Positions 51,340-64,000 of a stretch of 64,000 nucleotides of DNA are shown here, piece after piece. Within the stretch, counting starts at the first letter, position 1, and each line of letters opens with the position of its first letter. Below the pieces are notes generated by a model, which was not told where the DNA came from, did not search any database, and saw only the letters and a program-made list of their open reading frames with translations. The position numbers and the translations under genes were made by a program. Origin of the DNA: Octopus vulgaris. Its lineage: Eukaryota. The stretch spans positions 33,666,001-33,730,000 of the forward strand of contig OX597829.1 of assembly GCA_951406725.2 (NCBI GenBank), read 5' to 3'.

Positions 51340-52304
51340 TCTTTCTATGTTCATAATTTTTTGTTTACAATACTAGGAAATATATACTACCAAAGAAAAG
51401 ACGTAATCTCTCCAGAAACAAGTATAAAGCAAGGAGGATTGTAGAAAACCGAAGGTGAGAGTCTGAAGAGAGAAGCTGGATGAGATTTTCTCAACATCAG
51501 CAAATGCATGTTTCAGCACTTAATGTTTTAATGATTAGACAGAAGTCCAATAGATTAGCTCTTAGAAACAGACTACATACAAATTCATTCTTCACAACTA
51601 CTGAAGCTGTTTTCAGATATGATCCATCCCATTCTTATAAAAATAACTCAGTCCAAATTGGTGTGCTAAACACAAATTGTCTTTTCTGTATAGTTTTTAA
51701 ATTTTCAAATGAAACAAATGGTATGAGCTGCTCAAGTGGTCAGGTAACATTGCCAGCACTACCAGCTCCTTCTCAACCTCTTATGGATCTTCTAGAAGGC
51801 ATTTCCATCCAGTCAAAGGATTTTCTGAACAATATCAGACAATACAACTCTGCAAATGATATCACTTAGTGCATCAAGAATTTACGATGATGTCAAAGTT
51901 CAAGGGTTAGTCTATCACCTCATTAGTTCCCTGTTACCCACAAACGAACCACAGTTCCTCCAAATTTACTTTATGAGTGATGTAGGACAACAAACCCAAA
52001 GGCGGTGTCTACATTTCATACGATGGGTCGTGTTAGACACAGCGCCTACTGCTGCAAAAGAGAGCATATCCACTGACAGCTTCTCGGTGTGCTCAAAAAT
52101 CACATAACCGCCACAGGTTAGGGCCTGAAATACTCCAAACAGACACATAGCATGTTGCTTAGTTGAATTAGCCCATCATTTACTCCACAAATGTTTTGTT
52201 GTCAATGCTGCACTTTACCATATAACTTATTTCAACATAACTATAATATATTATATACAAACTATGCCATTTTAATCCCGAGCAACGCCAGGTATTACTG
52301 CTAG
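51340..52304 (+). mobile_element. Internally deleted Helitron with RepHel N-terminal remnant (5' limit uncertain)
   Basis: CLFCIVFKFSNETNGMSCSSGQVTLP..PLMDLL..SKDFLNNIRQYNS; KVQGLVYH..SLLP..PQFLQIYF; 3' CCCGAGCAACGCCAGG..CTAG|T. Confidence 0.85.
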
Positions 52305-52375
52305 TATAAATAAATCTATATATATGTATATATACATAAAAAAATTTATCCTCTCTTAGAAGTAAATTTATTACC

Positions 52376-52406
<31 letters not shown>

Positions 52407-52458
52407 TTCGTTTTTGGATTTGGTTTGCAAGATTCTTTATGTGAGTTTGTGTTGAAGC

Positions 52459-52696
52459 ATATTCTGTTGTGTCTAAGGAGTCATTCTCTTTTGGTGCTTT
52501 ATAATTTTCTCACACTCACCAGTAAAATTTTAACTTGTTTCTTTTTTATTTTTCTAAAATTTTCATTGCATCTTACAATCTTTTGCAAGATGCAATGAAA
52601 ATTTTAGAAAAATAAATAAGTGGAAATTTTACCAGTGAGTGTCTTAAATTATAAGGCACCAAAAGAGAATGACTCTCCCCAGACAAAACAGAATAT
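52459..52696. repeat. Inverted repeat (about 115-bp arms) within TA-rich flanks
   Basis: GAGTCATTCTCTTTTGGTGC..TTTTCATTGCATCTT versus AAGATGCAATGAAAA..GCACCAAAAGAGAATGACTC. Confidence 0.8.
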
Positions 52697-52821
52697 ATAT
52701 ATATACATAATATATATACATACATAATATATATACATACATAATATATATACATATATTATATATATGCATAATATATATATATACACACATAATATAT
52801 ATAATATATGTATATGTATAT

Positions 52822-54520
52822 AATCATCATCATCGTTTAATGTCCACTTTCCATGCTAGCATGGGTTGGACAGTTTGACTGAGGACTGGCAACCCAGATG
52901 GCTGCACCAGGCTCCAATCTGATCTGGCAGGGTTTCTGCAGCTGGATGCCCTTCCTAACGCCAACCACTCCAAAAGTGTAGTGGGTGCTTTTATGTGCCA
53001 CTGGCACAAGGGCCAGTCAGGCAGTACTGGTGACAGCCGTGCTTAAATGGTATTTTTTTATGTGCCACCTGCACAAGAGCCACTTGAGCTGCACTGGCAA
53101 TGGCCTCACTCAAATGATTTTTCACATTCCACCAGCACAAGTGCCAGTAAGGCGACGCTGGTAACAATCACGCTCGAATGGTGCCGCTTACGTTCACCGG
53201 CACAGAAGCCAGTTAACTGCTCTGGCAACGATCACACTCGGATGGTACTTTTAGTGCTCCACTGGCACGGATGCCAGTCATCAAATTTGATTTCGCTTTT
53301 CAATTTCACTTACCTCAACAGGTCTTCGCAAGCAGAGTTTGGTGTCCAATGAAGGAAAGGTACGCATAACTAGGCTGGTTACACCCCTGGCATAGGCCAC
53401 AAGGTTATGGTCGCACTTGGCTTGCCAGGTCTTCTCAAGCACAGCATATTTCTAAAAATCTCAGTCACTAGTCATTGCCTCGGTGAGGCCTAATGTTCGA
53501 AGTGGCCTTCACCACTTCATCCCAGGTCTTCCTAGGTCTCCCTCAACCACTAGGGTTTGGCACTTTTTCACACAGCTTTCCTCATCCATTCTCGCCACAT
53601 ACCATACCAGTGCAGTCGTCTCTCTTGCACACCACATCTGATGCTTCTTAGGTCCAACTTTTCTCTCAAGGTACTAATACTCTGTTGAGTATGCACACTG
53701 ACATTACACATCCATTGGATCATACTGGCTTCATTCCTTGCGAGCTTATGCATGTCCTCAGTAGTCACGGCCCATGTTTCACTGCCATGTAGCATGGCTG
53801 TTCATACACATGCATCATACAGTCTACCTTTTACTCTGAGCGAGAGGCCCTTTGTCATCAGCAGAAGTAAGAGCTCTCTGAAATTTGCCCAGGCTATTCT
53901 TATTCTACCAGCTACCATTTCAGCGCATCCTGACTTGATCACCTACGTAACGGAATCTATCAACTACTTCTAGTTTTTCTCTGCACATTTTCAGTGTTTA
54001 TTGCTCCTGAGCATCTGCCACATACAAAAACTATCTTCCTAGTTTAGCCTTCCTTCGATATTGCTGTGCCTCTTATGTGTCCATAGCTTACACTGGGTAC
54101 ATCTTATGGAGTTTCTACCTAATCTTTTTCTACAGATCGAGCAGGGCCATCTACCTGAAGGGATTTGTGGTTTGCCTGCCTTTGTAGTTATTAGGACTTT
54201 GGTTTTAGCTAGGCTGACTCTAAGGCCCTTCGATTCTAATCCTTGTTTCCACACCTGAAACTTCTCTAGTTCTGATAGTGACTCAGCAATTAGAGCAAGG
54301 TCATCAGCATAGAGGAGCTCCCAGGGGCATCTTGTCTTGAATTCCTCTGTTATTGCTTGGAGACTATGATAAATAGGAGGGGGGCTAAAAATTGAACCTT
54401 GGTGGACCCCTACCCGGAATTCTTCACTGCACTCGTTGCCAACCCTCACCTTACTGACAGTGTCCCTACACATGGCTTGCACAGCTCTCACTATCCATTC
54501 ATCTATCCCTAGTTTCCTCA
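52822..54520 (-). mobile_element. 5'-truncated RTE LINE (RT + Cys-rich insert + 3' UTR + tail)
   Basis: GVHQGS, WELLYADDLALIA, GLRVSLAKTK, WPCSICRK..CTQCKLWTHKR, LHGSETWAV, RRLHWYG; (GAT)n tail. Confidence 0.92.
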
Positions 54521-54599
54521 TATATATTATATATAATTTATATATAATATATATATTATATATATACACATAATATATATATATAAATCTGTGTGTGTG

Positions 54600-54833
54600 T
54601 ATATATAACTGAACGTATTATCTTACATTACAATAGAGATGTTATTGTTTCCCTTTTGACACGTAATACTGAAATAGTGTAAGAGATTTTTTTGGACCAT
54701 GACACTGCATGGACCTAAATAAAGCAAAAGTAAAATTTGAATGAAATCGGTTAGGTAGTTCTCGAGTTTTAGTGATGCAAACATTCAGACACACAGACAG
54801 ACAGGCACAAATTCTCCGTTTTATATATATAGA
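54600..54833 (-). mobile_element. Helitron-like 5' fragment
   Basis: TCTATATATATAAAACGG..CTGTCTGTCTG..AACCGATTTCATTCAAATTTT. Confidence 0.55.
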
Positions 54834-55134
54834 TATATATCAATATATTATTTTTAATTTGTCCCCTCACCATCGCTTGACAACTGATGTGGGTGTTTAC
54901 GTCCCCGTAACTTAGTGGTTCAGCAAAAGCGACTGTTAGAATAAGTACTAGGCTAACAAAGAATAAGTCCTGGGGTCGATTTCTCGAACAAAAAAAGCAG
55001 TACTCTAGCGGTACTCTAAATGACTGAAACAAATAAGAAAATTTAAAGAATATTATAAATTTATTAACATTATAATATAATTATACTATAAAAAGATGTA
55101 ATATAACAAATAATTAAAACAAATATATATATAT

Positions 55135-56510
55135 CCTACAATTTGTTTCGATTCATATCCACTAGTGAATTTATAAAAAGTTCCCATTTATATATATGAC
55201 TCTCGTCAGACAAAAACACTGGACAAAAATTTCATGCAAGGACTGTTAAATCATGAAATAGATTAAAAATATACCTATGTTTACAAGCGTGAGTGTTAAT
55301 AATTTTAAAATATAATAAATAAGAACAAAACCAAAATTCAAATAGAAAAACTAAATTAAATAAACAAAATAATTATAATTGTCATAAAATGTTCGTATGC
55401 ATCTTTAATGTTATTTATCTAAAGATATTTTAATCTAAAATAATCACTGCCCATTTTTATTATATAAAATCTATATAAAATGTTAAGAATTTATGGAGTA
55501 GGAAATATATTATTTTATAAATTCTATATACTATTATAAAAAAATGAGTATATTCCTATTCACACACGAAATTCATTAAAAAAATCTTTTAATCAACAAT
55601 TATTTCAAGTTTCTTCTAAATATGTCGGTGTTAAACAAATGTATACACTATACTATTTCTTACATAAAAATAATGATATATAAATAAATTAATAATCAGA
55701 ATTTTACTAAGTTTTTACAAAAGAAAATAAATTTGAGAAAGCCAACAGTTTTATATTTCTATAATTTTTAGTATATATATATCATCATATTATGTTCGAA
55801 AAAAACATGATATAATGATATATATGCTAAATATTATAGGGTCAACAAGAAATATTCAATATGCAATATACAATAATTATTCAAAAAGATATATATATAT
55901 ATATATTAAGAATCATTCTAATCTATTTATGTGTACTAATATAAACATTATTCTTGGTAATTAACAATTGAAAAACCCAAATTTACTTCGTTTATCAGAG
56001 GAAAATAACCACTGAAAATCAATTATACGTTCATTGCTTGCGGAAAAAATAACCGGAAATACGTACTTACAATAGAAATGCTTTTAATCACGATAGGGCC
56101 TTTTATAGAATTATTTATATACTATTATTATTAAATTAAATTTATATACTTATTATCATTTTATATAAAGTAATAGCATAATTAATATTTATATCTTAAA
56201 TTTAACTACGAATATAGTTATTGTTTGCACTTAATACAAATATATTATGGTGCTTAATAAAAGAATTATTTATTAATCTACTGAAATATTATAAATATTC
56301 TCATTAATATACTAATTTAATGCTACAGACCATTCAGTTTAAATAAAAGGTTACAAATCGTTCAGTATTAATAACAAAATTTGCCCTTACGTTAAAGAAT
56401 ATTGTCATATAAAGTTTGGGTAAATATCACAAAGAAAAAGAAATTTTCTTCACGTCATCATCGATCACTTTAAAATTTACCACAACCTTATGCACCTATT
56501 AATTTTCTAA
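55135..56510 (-). mobile_element. Very AT-rich probable PLE 3' region with hammerhead-like core
   Basis: Minus strand CTGACGA-GAGTCATAT..ATATGAATC-GAAACAAATTGTA at about 55138-55210. The extent beyond the motif is uncertain. Confidence 0.35.
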
Positions 56511-56613
56511 TTTAAAAAAAAAATTAGTATCACTTTATTTATTCATTCATTCACTAATTTATTTATCCATTTATTTATTTAACATGTATACAAATTAAAA
56601 TATATATACATAT

Positions 56614-56980
56614 ATGGTTCCGGGTTCAGTCCCACTGCGTCGTACATTGGGCAAATGACTTCTACTATAGCCTCGGGCCGACCAAAGCCTTGTGAGTGGA
56701 TTTGGTAGACGGAAACTGAAAGAAGCCCGTCGTATATATGTGTGTGTGTTTGCATGTCTGTGTTTGTCCCCCCAACATCGCTTGACAATCGATTCCGGTG
56801 TGTTTACGTCCCCGTAACTTAGCAGTTCGGTAAAAGTAACTGATAGAATAAGTACTAGGCTTACAAAGAATAAGTTCTGGAGTCGATTTGCTCGACTAGG
56901 CGGTGCTCCAGCATGGCCGCAGTCAAATGACTGAAATAGTAAAAGAATAATATAAATATATATATATATATATACACATT

Positions 56981-57020
<40 letters not shown>

Positions 57021-57091
57021 TAATCCAAACATGAAAGCACAAAAAACCCAACAACGTGAGGACGTGGAACAAATATAGTATTATTGGACGC

Positions 57092-57185
<94 letters not shown>

Positions 57186-57930
57186 ATATATATATATATG
57201 AGTGGTTGTGTTGTAAGTAGTTTGCTTACAAACCACATGGTTCTGGGTTCAGTCCCACTGTATGGCACCTTGGGCAAGTGGCTTCTACTATAGCCTTGGG
57301 CTGACCAAAGCCTTGTGAGTGGATTTGGTAAACAGAAACTGAAAGAAGCCCATCGTATATATGTATATATCATCATCATCATTTAGCGTCTGCTTTCCAT
57401 GGTAGCATGGGTTGGACGGTTCAACTGGGGTCTGGGAAGCCAGAAGGCTGCACTAGGCCCAGTCTGATCTGGCAATGTTTCTACGGCTAGATGCCCTTCC
57501 TAACACCAACCACTCCGTGAGTGTAGTGGGTGATTTTTATGTGCCAGAGGGGGCTGGCAAATGGCCACGTTCGGATGGTGCTTTTTATGTGCCACCGCCA
57601 CGGGGGCCGGGCGAGGCTGGCAACGGCCACGTTTGGATGGTTCGCTTACGTGCCACCAGCACTGGTATCACAGCTACAATTTCCATTGATGTTGATCGAT
57701 TTCAATATATATATAAATATAATATAAATATATGTATGTGTGTGTGTATGTTTGTGTGTTTGTGTTTGTCTCCCCAACATCGTTTGACAACCGATGCTGG
57801 TGTGTTTACGCCCCCGTAACTTAGTGGTTCGGCAAAGAGACCAATAAAATAAGTACTAGGCTTACAAAGAACAAGTCCTGGGGTCGATTTGCTCAGCTAA
57901 AGGCAGTGACTGAAACCAGTAAAAGAGTAA
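56614..57930. mobile_element. Cluster: SINE family A copies (56614-56950; 57199-57930 split) with nested RTE tail (57368-57700, - strand)
   Basis: The SINE 5' half ends at its internal (TA)n near 57360, an RTE tail follows, and the SINE 3' half resumes near 57740. Confidence 0.8.
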
Positions 57931-58567
57931 TACATATACAAAAATACACTGAAGGACTTCAGTGGCTAGAGGAGAATGATGCACAGTAGTCTGAAAAGGT
58001 TCTGGTACACATGAGACCAACAGAGTCACTGCAGCTGAGCAATGCATACAAGCCAGAAAGGAAAATGCCATCTGATACATCCTGTTACCACTACCTTTCT
58101 TGTTTACATTACCAAAGATACTTCTGTGTGTGACCTCTTCAGTAACTCTTCCATCAATGGAAGACAAAATAAGAACAATAATAAATGAGTGAAGAACAAA
58201 TATACAGTGCATATGTTTATTTGACAAGAAAAAAAATGACTGCCCTGAAATATAACAATATCTGTTTCAACACACGATTTCACATCAAGAATCTTGCAAA
58301 ACAAATTCATAAACAAAATTAATTAATTATTATAATTTATCAGATTATGTTAATAGTTAGAAAACAATATGTTTTCTGTAAATATTCACCTGAACTTTGA
58401 TATTGTACCGATTTGTACTAATAATCTATTGCTATTTTCTTTCTTTGTTATTTTCACATTTCTTCAATGTTTATGCCATTTGCATTTGCTAATTCTCAAT
58501 AAGATATGGCTTATTTGTGTTATTTAAAGTATGAACTATTATATGTATTGCTCCCTAATTATAACAT

Positions 58568-59227
58568 ATCATCATCATCATCATCGTTTAACGTCTGTTT
58601 TCCATCCTAGCATGGATTGGACAGTTCGACCGGGGTCTGGGAAGCCAGGAAGCTGCACCAAGCTCCAGTCTGCTCTGGCAGTGTTTCTACAGCTGGATGC
58701 CCTTCCTAACGCCAACCACTCCATGAGTGTAGTGGGTGCTTTTTATGTGCCACCGGCACAGGTGCCAGGGTTAGCTGGCAATGGCCATGATCGGTTGGTG
58801 CTTTTTACGTGCCACCCGCACGGAAGCCAGTCATGGTGACGCTGGCATCGGCCACTTTCGGATGGTGCTTTTTACGTGCCACCGGCACGGGTATCTCAGC
58901 TACAATTTCCATTTGATTTTTATTTTGATGTACATCAAAATATAATAATTCACATCAAGTGTATGACAGTGTACCTACAGGTGGCACGTTAAAAGCACCA
59001 ACCGATCGTGGCCGATGCCAGACACCTCTGGCACCTGTGCGGGTGACACGTAAAAAGCACCCACTACACTCGCGGAGTGGTTGGCGTTAGGAAGGGCATC
59101 CAGCTGTAGAAACTGCCAGATCAGACTGGAGCCTGGTGCAGCCCTGGCTTCCCAGACCCCGGTCGAACCGTCCAACCTGTGCTAGCGCGGAAAACGGACG
59201 TTAAACGATGATGATGATGATGATGAT
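58568..59227. mobile_element. Inverted pair of RTE-family 3' ends
   Basis: 58568-58930 (-) and 58976-59227 (+), tails pointing outward. Confidence 0.85.
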
Positions 59228-61479
59228 GTGTGCTTGTTAATATCTCTTTGAAAGAATATGCATATGTGTGCACTTTTGTGAATGGGTAAGATATATGTGT
59301 ATGTGTATATGCTTTCACAAAATAAATGCCATAGTTTCCAGGCTTTCAGCAATATATCTGCATTATGTATGATATACAGAATATTATTTTGAACTAATAC
59401 AGCTAATTACGACACTATTTTTCTATATCAGTAAAAGCTAAATTTGCTTCGACTTCTGGTTGTGGTTACTAGTGAATGGTAGCCGTGACAATATGGAAGT
59501 ATGTACTTAACAATTCCACCACCACCACCACCACCACTACCACCACTAAACACTGTTAGTTTGCTACTGATATATTTCTGTGTTTTTTAATACTACACAT
59601 CTACATGAGATGTTTTCTAAAGACAAAACTACAGTTTCCTGGCTTTCAGCAGTATATCTGCATATATATACACACGTAAAATGTAAAAGAATAAGGATCT
59701 GAAATTCAGGCAGGTACTTTACTATCACTCTGATATAATTCAGATCTTGCAAACTGCATTAAATGATAGGGAACATATAGAATTATTTAAAATAAAGAGT
59801 TACATGGTACTTCACTCAATAGTTTAAATTCTGAATTTGCTTCACTGAATTTCATACAGCATACAGAATATATAATCAAGTCATCATAAAGATGAACGGA
59901 TAATTATACATCTTCAAAACTTATTTATTACAGTATTATTCTCATTAAATTCCAATAGGACACATATTTCTGCTGAGTGTCCTAATGTCCTTTGATGTAG
60001 CGTTTATGTGCATTTTGTTGGTTCACTTGCATTACAAATGCATCAGTGGCTGACATTCCTATGCAACTTTGTTCAAGATTTTATCCATGTGGGTGGGTGA
60101 AGCAAACTGAGGATGCCAGTGTTAGACTGTCCTTCTTAAAGTATATTCTAGGTGAAAGATCATAAAATCTTAGGGTACATGACAGTAAAAATTGCTTTGA
60201 AATATATGGCTATTGTTCGAGTATTATTTAAACTTAGAATGACCTTTTAAGAATTTAGAGGAATAGATTATTTTATATACTTAGTCTTAGAAATAAACTT
60301 TAATTAGGTCAGGACGCATTCACATCACTGACCACTCATAATGAGGATAAAATAACACCATATAAAGTAAGTAGATACATTTAAAAGGAATTTTTAAAAA
60401 GAGGATATAAGAGATAAAGAGGAAATAAATATTGTTTTAATTTGAGTATTCAGACCAGCCTAAAGTAATAAAAATTTTATACTTTTTTGAATATTAGAAA
60501 CAGAATTGATAGAGATGAGTAAAGTAAGTTGAAATTCTAATCATATTTAGTCATAATCCACACAAAAAAATCCCCCTATCATTTTAAGGCTTAATGTGTG
60601 ATTGTTAAAATCTAACTAGAGTAAATCTATGATTATTTGATTAGGATAACTTATGTGCACTTCTATTTATGTGATATCCTATTTAAAAAAAAACAACTTT
60701 ATTTAGAAAGTACTTCAATACTTTTTTAAATGAATGCACACATTTCAGAGCTAATTCATTTCAGTGATTTAATAACCAGCAATTAGAGGTAAAAATATGG
60801 AATATTTCTTCCAAGCATAGGTTATACTTTGAGTTCCCAATTGTATACAGTGAAGTGCTACTAATAATTGTTCATGTAGTGTCTTTATCATTTAAAGACC
60901 AGATGAACCCATTCAAACTTGTACAATTCATTTTTTCCCTATTTTTTAATAAAGGAATGTGGCTAGATAATCTCTGCTTAAAGTCATTAGAACATGACCC
61001 TACATAGTAATAAGAAAGCCATCAGCCATTACTGGACCTCTATAAACTATGTTTTTCTGTAATAATATGACTGGTGGTAATAATATATATGGATATGTGA
61101 GAATATAATATGAGTAATTCTAGTGTGATAATAAAACCTGTTTGGCTAACAATAGGAATGAAAACAATAGAGAGCCTACTGAATATACTGTAAGGTAGAT
61201 AGATAACTGAACAGAGTAACAAATCTGACACACCCAATTTAACCAATAGTGAAACTAATAATATCCATAGAGTAATACGTAGTAACATATATAGAGTACT
61301 TAATACTTCAGCCAATAGCAAGCACAGGGTTAGTATTAATAAGAATTATTGTAACTGTAAGAGTAAATTATGTTCACTTGAAAGGCAATGCCTAAAAAAA
61401 AAATTTATAGATGTACAGAAACAGCTGATAGCATTTCTAATACTATACAGGGTCATGTTCTACTGAACTTAATCAGGGA

Positions 61480-62014
61480 TTACATAACCAGCTTCCTTCA
61501 AAGACTGCACCAAATTCTCCTGTCTACTTTGGCATGATTTATATGGCTGGATGCCCTTCCTAACACCAACTGTTTTACAGCATGCACTGAGTACTTTTTT
61601 ATACCACCAACACTAGTGAGATAACCATGCACCTCACAAGACTATGAACCTTTGGGGTGGGCATGAGGTCACCATATGCTTAGAGATGAAGGAGTTAAAG
61701 TATGTGAGAAGGAAACTGAGCAGGTTTCCTATAGAGGAGCAACAGAGCAACTGACATTTAGAAGAGAGGGTGAGAATGATCAGTAGGAGCTGTAAAGAGA
61801 TAAATAGTGGTGATGCAGTATTCAGGTGGCCTTTCAATGTATGACATGAGTAGAAATGAGTGGGGCCAAAAGAAGTAAAACTGTGAGTGGGTTAGGGTTT
61901 GCAAGGCTGTATTGGGAAGCAAGTGAGGGGAAGGTAGGTAACAAATGTAAAGATTTGATAGGATGCAAAGGTGAGGGAATGGTGGATAATGATGATACAC
62001 TTGACATTGGGGTG

Positions 62015-62049
<35 letters not shown>

Positions 62050-63190
62050 GAGTGATGACATGTAGTTGGGTAGGTTGCAGAAGAGAGAGGCATGTGTTGT
62101 GCACGAGGAGAGATAATTTGGTGTTCAGCAGTGGAGTGATCAGTGTAATATGTGGGAGGAGAGAATGATATTATGAGATGAAGAATGGTTATCAAATGAA
62201 GTAGTGATTCTGGGAAGTAAGAAAAATGAAGTGGTATCATGGAAGAACTGCAGTGAAAGAAAGATAGATGGAAGAGAAATTTGAGGTGAAGGGCCTATTT
62301 GTGCTTATATACACATACACAACACTCCAGAATTCATGTTTCACTGAGGTGGCCAGTGTTTTGTCATGTCCTCTATGAGACTCACAGTTCTTTTGTCCCG
62401 TGTCTTCCTAGATTTCTCTCTTCTACAAATTAATCCACATTTAGTGACCAACACTTCTTTATACAATTGTCCTCATCCATATGCATCATGTGTCCATTGA
62501 ACACATCTGACTCCTCTTATTCATAGTTGTTCTCTCAACACATTTATACTGTCATTCTTACACACTGACATTGGGGAGAGCCCCTTTGGTCATGAATGAC
62601 CATGGGATTGCACCTAGAAAGTTACCCTCCGAGGCACAAGTCCAGGCAAGGTTGCTTCTGGATGGCCAGCAGTCGTCCATGCATACCGGCCTCCCCTCTC
62701 CACACCACTGATGTTATCCAAGGGAAAGGCAAAGGCTGATACAGCTTGGCACCAATGATGTTGCAACTCATTTATACAGCTGAGATAAGTAGAGCAATGT
62801 GAAATAAAGTGTCTTGTTCAAGAACACAACATGCAGCCCAGTCCGAGAATTGAACTCGCAACCTCACGATCATAAGGTCAACACTTTAACCACTGAGCCA
62901 TGTGCCTTCACACTGACATTACACACCCAATAAAACATGTTCACTTCATTACTTTACAGTCTTTTCAGGTCCCCTGCATTTAGCACCTGTATCTCACTAC
63001 CACACACCATTGCAGTTCTAACACAAGCGTCACCTTTCATTGTAAGGAAAAATATCCTTGTTGCTAACAGTGGCAGTAGCTCCCTGAACTTTCCCCAATC
63101 CATTTAAACTTTAGCTACTATACTATCAGAACAAAGACCTCCCTTGCTAATTACATCTCCCAAATAACAAAAGCCATCAACTACTTCTAG
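61480..63190 (-). mobile_element. Old RTE-family remnant with nested SINE
   Basis: GGATGCCCTTCCTAAC tail motif, GA-rich UTR, RT C-terminal remnant (FCYLGDVISK, WGKFRELLPLL). Confidence 0.65.
62573..62911 (-). mobile_element. tRNA-derived SINE (B-related) with TSD
   Basis: Head GTGAAGGCACATGGCTCAGTGG..GAGTTCAATTC; core TTGAACAAGACACTTTATTTCAC; ACTGACATT duplicated at both flanks. Confidence 0.85.
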
Positions 63191-63235
63191 GGAAACATGC
63201 ATACATGTATGTAATTATGTATGTTTCTCTCCCTA

Positions 63236-63822
63236 TATCATCATCATTGTTTAACATCCACTTTCCATACTGGCATGGATTGGATGATTTGACTGAGGAC
63301 TGGCAACCCAGATGGCCGCACCGGGCTCCAATCTTGATCTGTCAGAGTTTCTACAGCTGGATGCCCTTCCTAACGCTAACCACTCCGAGAGTGTAGTGGG
63401 TGCTTTTACGTGCCACCGGCATGGGGGTCAGTAAGGCGACGCTGGTAACAATCATGCTCATATGGTACCTTTTACATGCCACTGGCACGGAAGCCAGTTA
63501 GCCGCTCAGGCAACAATCACGCTCGGATGGTCCTCTTAGCACCCCACAAGCACGGGGCACAAGTGTCAGTAAGGTGACGCAGGCAACTTTCACGCCCGAA
63601 TGGTGTCTTTCACATGCCACTGGCACGGAAGTCAGTCAGCCGCTCTGTCAACAATCACGCTCGGATGGTGCTCTTTGTGCCCCACCAGCACGGATACCAG
63701 TCATTGAATTTGATTTCGATTTCACTTGCCTCAACAGGTCTTCGCAAGCAGAGTTTAGTGTCCAAAGAAGGAAAGGTACACAATAGTGGGCAGGTTACAC
63801 CCCTGGCATAGGCCACGAGGTT
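63236..63822 (-). mobile_element. RTE-family 3' UTR copy
   Basis: Collinear with 52822-53400. Confidence 0.85.
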
Positions 63823-64000
63823 ATATGAATGTATGGACAGATGTATGTATGGATGGATGCATGCATGCACACATATATACATGCATCAGAAATTATGACA
63901 AGCACAAGCTAATAGTTTATATTATTTGTTCCATAACCATAACCCCATTGTGGATTTTGTAATCCAAATATCCATGCACACACACACATGCACACGCACA

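Noticed and set aside
57945-60200. Possible host exons in unique-looking sequence
   Set aside because: No convincing splice-bounded open frame with protein similarity could be seen by eye; small exons cannot be excluded.
61040-61321. Hydrophobic 93-aa ORF as a membrane protein
   Set aside because: Hydrophobicity follows from T-rich composition; no recognisable motif or exon structure.

Overview
Eukaryotic, AT-rich, repeat-saturated DNA with no host exon that I can support. The SINE and RTE-LINE families and the heavy (TA)n/(CA)n/(CAT)n load suggest an octopus-like cephalopod; this is an inference. The window is a layered collection of mostly dead transposons: RTE, CR1/L2-like, R4-like and CRE-like non-LTR remnants, three Gypsy pol remnants, Tc1 and hAT remnants, several Helitron/Helentron-type pieces, MITEs and many tRNA-derived SINEs. 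The only long intact coding sequence is a Penelope-like element (PLE, about 16165-20529, + strand) inserted in a (TA)n tract. It carries an uninterrupted 765-aa RT plus GIY-YIG ORF. Upstream lies a coiled-coil/low-complexity ORF1 that overlaps it in the -1 frame across a correctly phased T-TTT-TTA slippery heptamer. Its 3' pLTR region holds five CCAAT+CRE modules, a TATA box, a splice donor and a degenerate hammerhead motif. Other recurrent signals are palindromic PLE-tail elements in TA microsatellites (several with hammerhead motifs), a head-to-head Helitron fold-back with a hairpin minisatellite, an 804-bp fold-back MITE with telomere-like repeats, and a CpG-rich promoter-like island. Boundaries of degraded remnants are approximate and were read by eye.
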